Below, one piece after another: positions 61,401 through 64,000 of a DNA stretch of 64,000 bases. The notes beneath the pieces are model-generated. The model had not been told where the DNA came from. It saw nothing but the letters and a program-made list of their open reading frames with translations, and made no database searches. Position numbers and translations under genes: made by a program. Source of the stretch: Takakia lepidozioides (taxonomy: Eukaryota > Plantae > Bryophyta); contig CM060732.1 in assembly GCA_030704615.1 (NCBI GenBank), positions 64,852,001 through 64,916,000 on the forward strand. Reading direction: 5' to 3'. How positions within the stretch are numbered: position 1 is the first letter of the stretch; every line of letters begins with the position of its first letter.

Positions 61401-64000
61401 TGTCAGTAGCTTTGTATCCCAGTCTGTTCTGTTTGCATTGACTATTTTAGCCAAGATGGTACATAGTATTTTGTTGGTAGCCTCTGCCTGTCCATTACCT
61501 TGTGGGTAATAGGTTGTACTTTTCCTATGCACAATCATGAACTCCTTAGTCAAGAGTTCTATGGTCTCATTGATGAAGTGACTTCCCTGATCACTGATAA
61601 ATTCCAGGGGACAGCCAAACCGTGTAAGTATGTTCTCATACAGGAACCTGGCTGTGGACTTAGCTGTGTTGTCCCTCAGAGCTTTAGCTTCCACCCACTT
61701 CGTAGTATAATCAGTAGCTGTGATTATATACTTGTTCTGTGTATTCTTGGCTGGTGGGTTTATTGGTCCAACAAAGTCCAGTCCCCATTTCTGAAATGGT
61801 TCAGTAGGCATTGTAGGATGCAAAGCCATCTTCCCAGACCTCTGCAATGGTCCTAGCCTCTGACACTCATCACAAGTTTTACAATACTTGTGCACATCTT
61901 TGAACAAGGTAGGCCACCAGTAACCGGCAAGTAGTATCTTCCTACTGGTAGTCTCTTCTCCAAAATGGCCCCCTGCCACTCCTTTATGAACTTCTTCCAA
62001 AACTTTATCAACTTCATGGTGGTATAAGCATCGCTTCAGCACTCCATCTGGTCCTAGCTTATACATTCTGCTTCCTACCATAGTGTAAGGTAAAGCCTTG
62101 ATAGCAATTCTCTTTCTCTGCTCCTTCCCATAACTTGGTGGACATTGACCATGAGTAAGATAGTATCTGATTGGCCATTGCCAATCTAACCAATCATCTG
62201 CACTTCCCTGCACCTCCACGGCAAATAAGCTCGCATCTGGTAATTGATCATCTACTCCTGTGGCTGGTTCACCTGTTGATAACCGTGACAAGTGGTCCGC
62301 CACAAGATGCAGCCTCCCAGGCTTGTAAACAACCTCAAACTCAAATTCGTGTAAGATTATCAACCATCTTGCTATTCTTCCGCTTATCAGAGGTTTGTTT
62401 ACCAAGTATATCAAAGCCTGGTGATCCACATAGAACATAAACTTCTTACCCANNNNNNNNNNNNNNNNNNNNNNNNNNNNNNNNNNNNNNNNNNNNNNNN
62501 NNNNNNNNNNNNNNNNNNNNNNNNNNNNNNNNNNNNNNNNNNNNNNNNNNNNNNNNNNNNNNNNNNNNNNNNNNNNNNNNNNNNNNNNNNNNNNNNNNNN
62601 NNNNNNNNNNNNNNNNNNNNNNNNNNNNNNNNNNNNNNNNNNNNNNNNNNNNNNNNNNNNNNNNNNNNNNNNNNNNNNNNNNNNNNNNNNNNNNNNNNNN
62701 NNNNNNNNNNNNNNNNNNNNNNNNNNNNNNNNNNNNNNNNNNNNNNNNNNNNNNNNNNNNNNNNNNNNNNNNNNNNNNNNNNNNNNNNNNNNNNNNNNNN
62801 NNNNNNNNNNNNNNNNNNNNNNNNNNNNNNNNNNNNNNNNNNNNNNNNNNNNNNNNNNNNNNNNNNNNNNNNNNNNNNNNNNNNNNNNNNNNNNNNNNNN
62901 NNNNNNNNNNNNNNNNNNNNNNNNNNNNNNNNNNNNNNNNNNNNNNNNNNNNCTAATCTCTTCTCATAATTTTCCCTCTTCATCTTTTCCTTCTTTTTAC
63001 TCTTCTTCTTATGCTCCATCTCCTCTTCTTCTTCTGACTCATCCTCAGAGTCCTCTTCATCTCTTTTCTCCTTCCTGAGCATTCCCAACTGCTCAATTCT
63101 GTTTGCGGTTTCAAATGCCTCCTCCACTGTATTGTGGGGTAACATGTCTACTTTCTTTTGCAACTCTGGCCTTAGTCCATTCACAAACCAAGCCTTCTGC
63201 AATCCTGGTGCTGGTATAGCAGCCAACTTTTTCATCATCAACTCCATTTTCTCCATATACTCTTCAACAGTTTCATGCTTCTTCTGCTTCAGCTGCTGTA
63301 AACTCCCATACACTTCATCCTCAGTTTTACTGGTCCTGAACCTATTTCGGAACGTTGTACTCAAGCCATTCCAGGTTAGGAAATGATTATCAGGGAATCT
63401 TGCATACCATTCACTGGCTTTCTTTATAAGTGAACACGGAAACAGTCTCATCTTGGCATCATCGCCATTCTCATTGTTCACTATACACATGTGCTCAAAT
63501 TGGCTAATGTGTACATCGGGATCCCCTTTCCCTGAATATATCGGAAAAGGTGGTTTAGCCCGTGTTGGTTGTAACGCCATCTGCGACCCTACACTCTGCC
63601 CCCTGACAGTTGTTGGCCTTTTGGCTGATGCTGGTCCTTGTGGACCTGTAGTATTTGTGGTGGTTCTTCCACCAATTACTGGCCCCTGAACCCTTCCTGT
63701 TCCTGGCCTTTCTATATTCACAGTATTCCCAGCCTCAGTTGCACTACTTTCCACACTCCCTGTCCCCCCAGAGCCAGATCTAGGTCTTTCGCCTGATCCC
63801 TCTGAGCCGACACCTTCGTTGGCCTGTGATCCAAGTGCTCCACTTGATCCAGGTCCAACGGGTTGGGATGTCCTGGTTGTAGTCTCAACCTCAGCTGCTG
63901 GGTCTACTTCTTCATATTCCTCATCTTCCAATTTCTTTCCTTGGTTTTCTTCTTCTTCACTCATGTAACTATTTTGTAATAATGTTGGAGAGTTTGAACT
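55469..64000 (-). mobile_element. Athila-like element B: 3' LTR 55469-56363, PPT, extra ORF (56395-60372), integrase/RNase H end (60414-62452), gap, gag (62953-63964); continues beyond the window
   Basis: Near-identical integrase to element A. Gag motifs YSGKGDPDVHISQF, RLFPCSL, LKQKKHETVEEY, WFVNGLRP. Confidence 0.93.
62453..62952. other. Assembly gap (500 N)
   Basis: Run of exactly 500 N between gag and RNase H. Confidence 0.99.

Noticed and set aside
62411-63964. 517-aa and 182-aa ORFs spanning the N run
   Set aside because: Artefacts of translating through the gap; only 62953-63964 (gag) is real.

Overview
This window is eukaryotic land-plant DNA (a non-seed plant is plausible but not provable from the window), and nearly all of it is nested transposable elements. 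The only clear host gene is a PLS-class PPR-DYW RNA-editing factor (minus strand, ~3.1-5.7 kb, frameshifted). It is flanked by a decayed LINE (0.3-2.7 kb) and a long-TIR non-autonomous DNA element (7126-8283). The most unusual region is 12.9-27.7 kb. There, a spliced minus-strand gene encodes a ParB/Srx-like domain (YVWDGNHR) fused to a beta-class amino (N6A/N4C) DNA methyltransferase-like domain, and two of its introns carry arrays of a conserved 22-bp palindrome. It lies divergently from two tandem, divergent GCM-domain + DDE (Mutator-like) + SWIM transposase genes, and the block ends in a TIR-like terminus at ~27715. A related element starts at ~34093 with a different 22-bp palindrome array and different cargo. 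At 29.3-33 kb are two convergent Penelope-like retroelement relics, one clearly ending without an endonuclease, plus two minimal type-I hammerhead ribozymes. From 38 kb onward lies a stack of Ty3/gypsy elements: a chromovirus-like copy with four LTRs, and Athila-like elements with a ~1300-aa extra ORF nested into one another. A 500-N scaffold gap is at 62453-62952. All calls come from reading the sequence by eye; no database searches were run.
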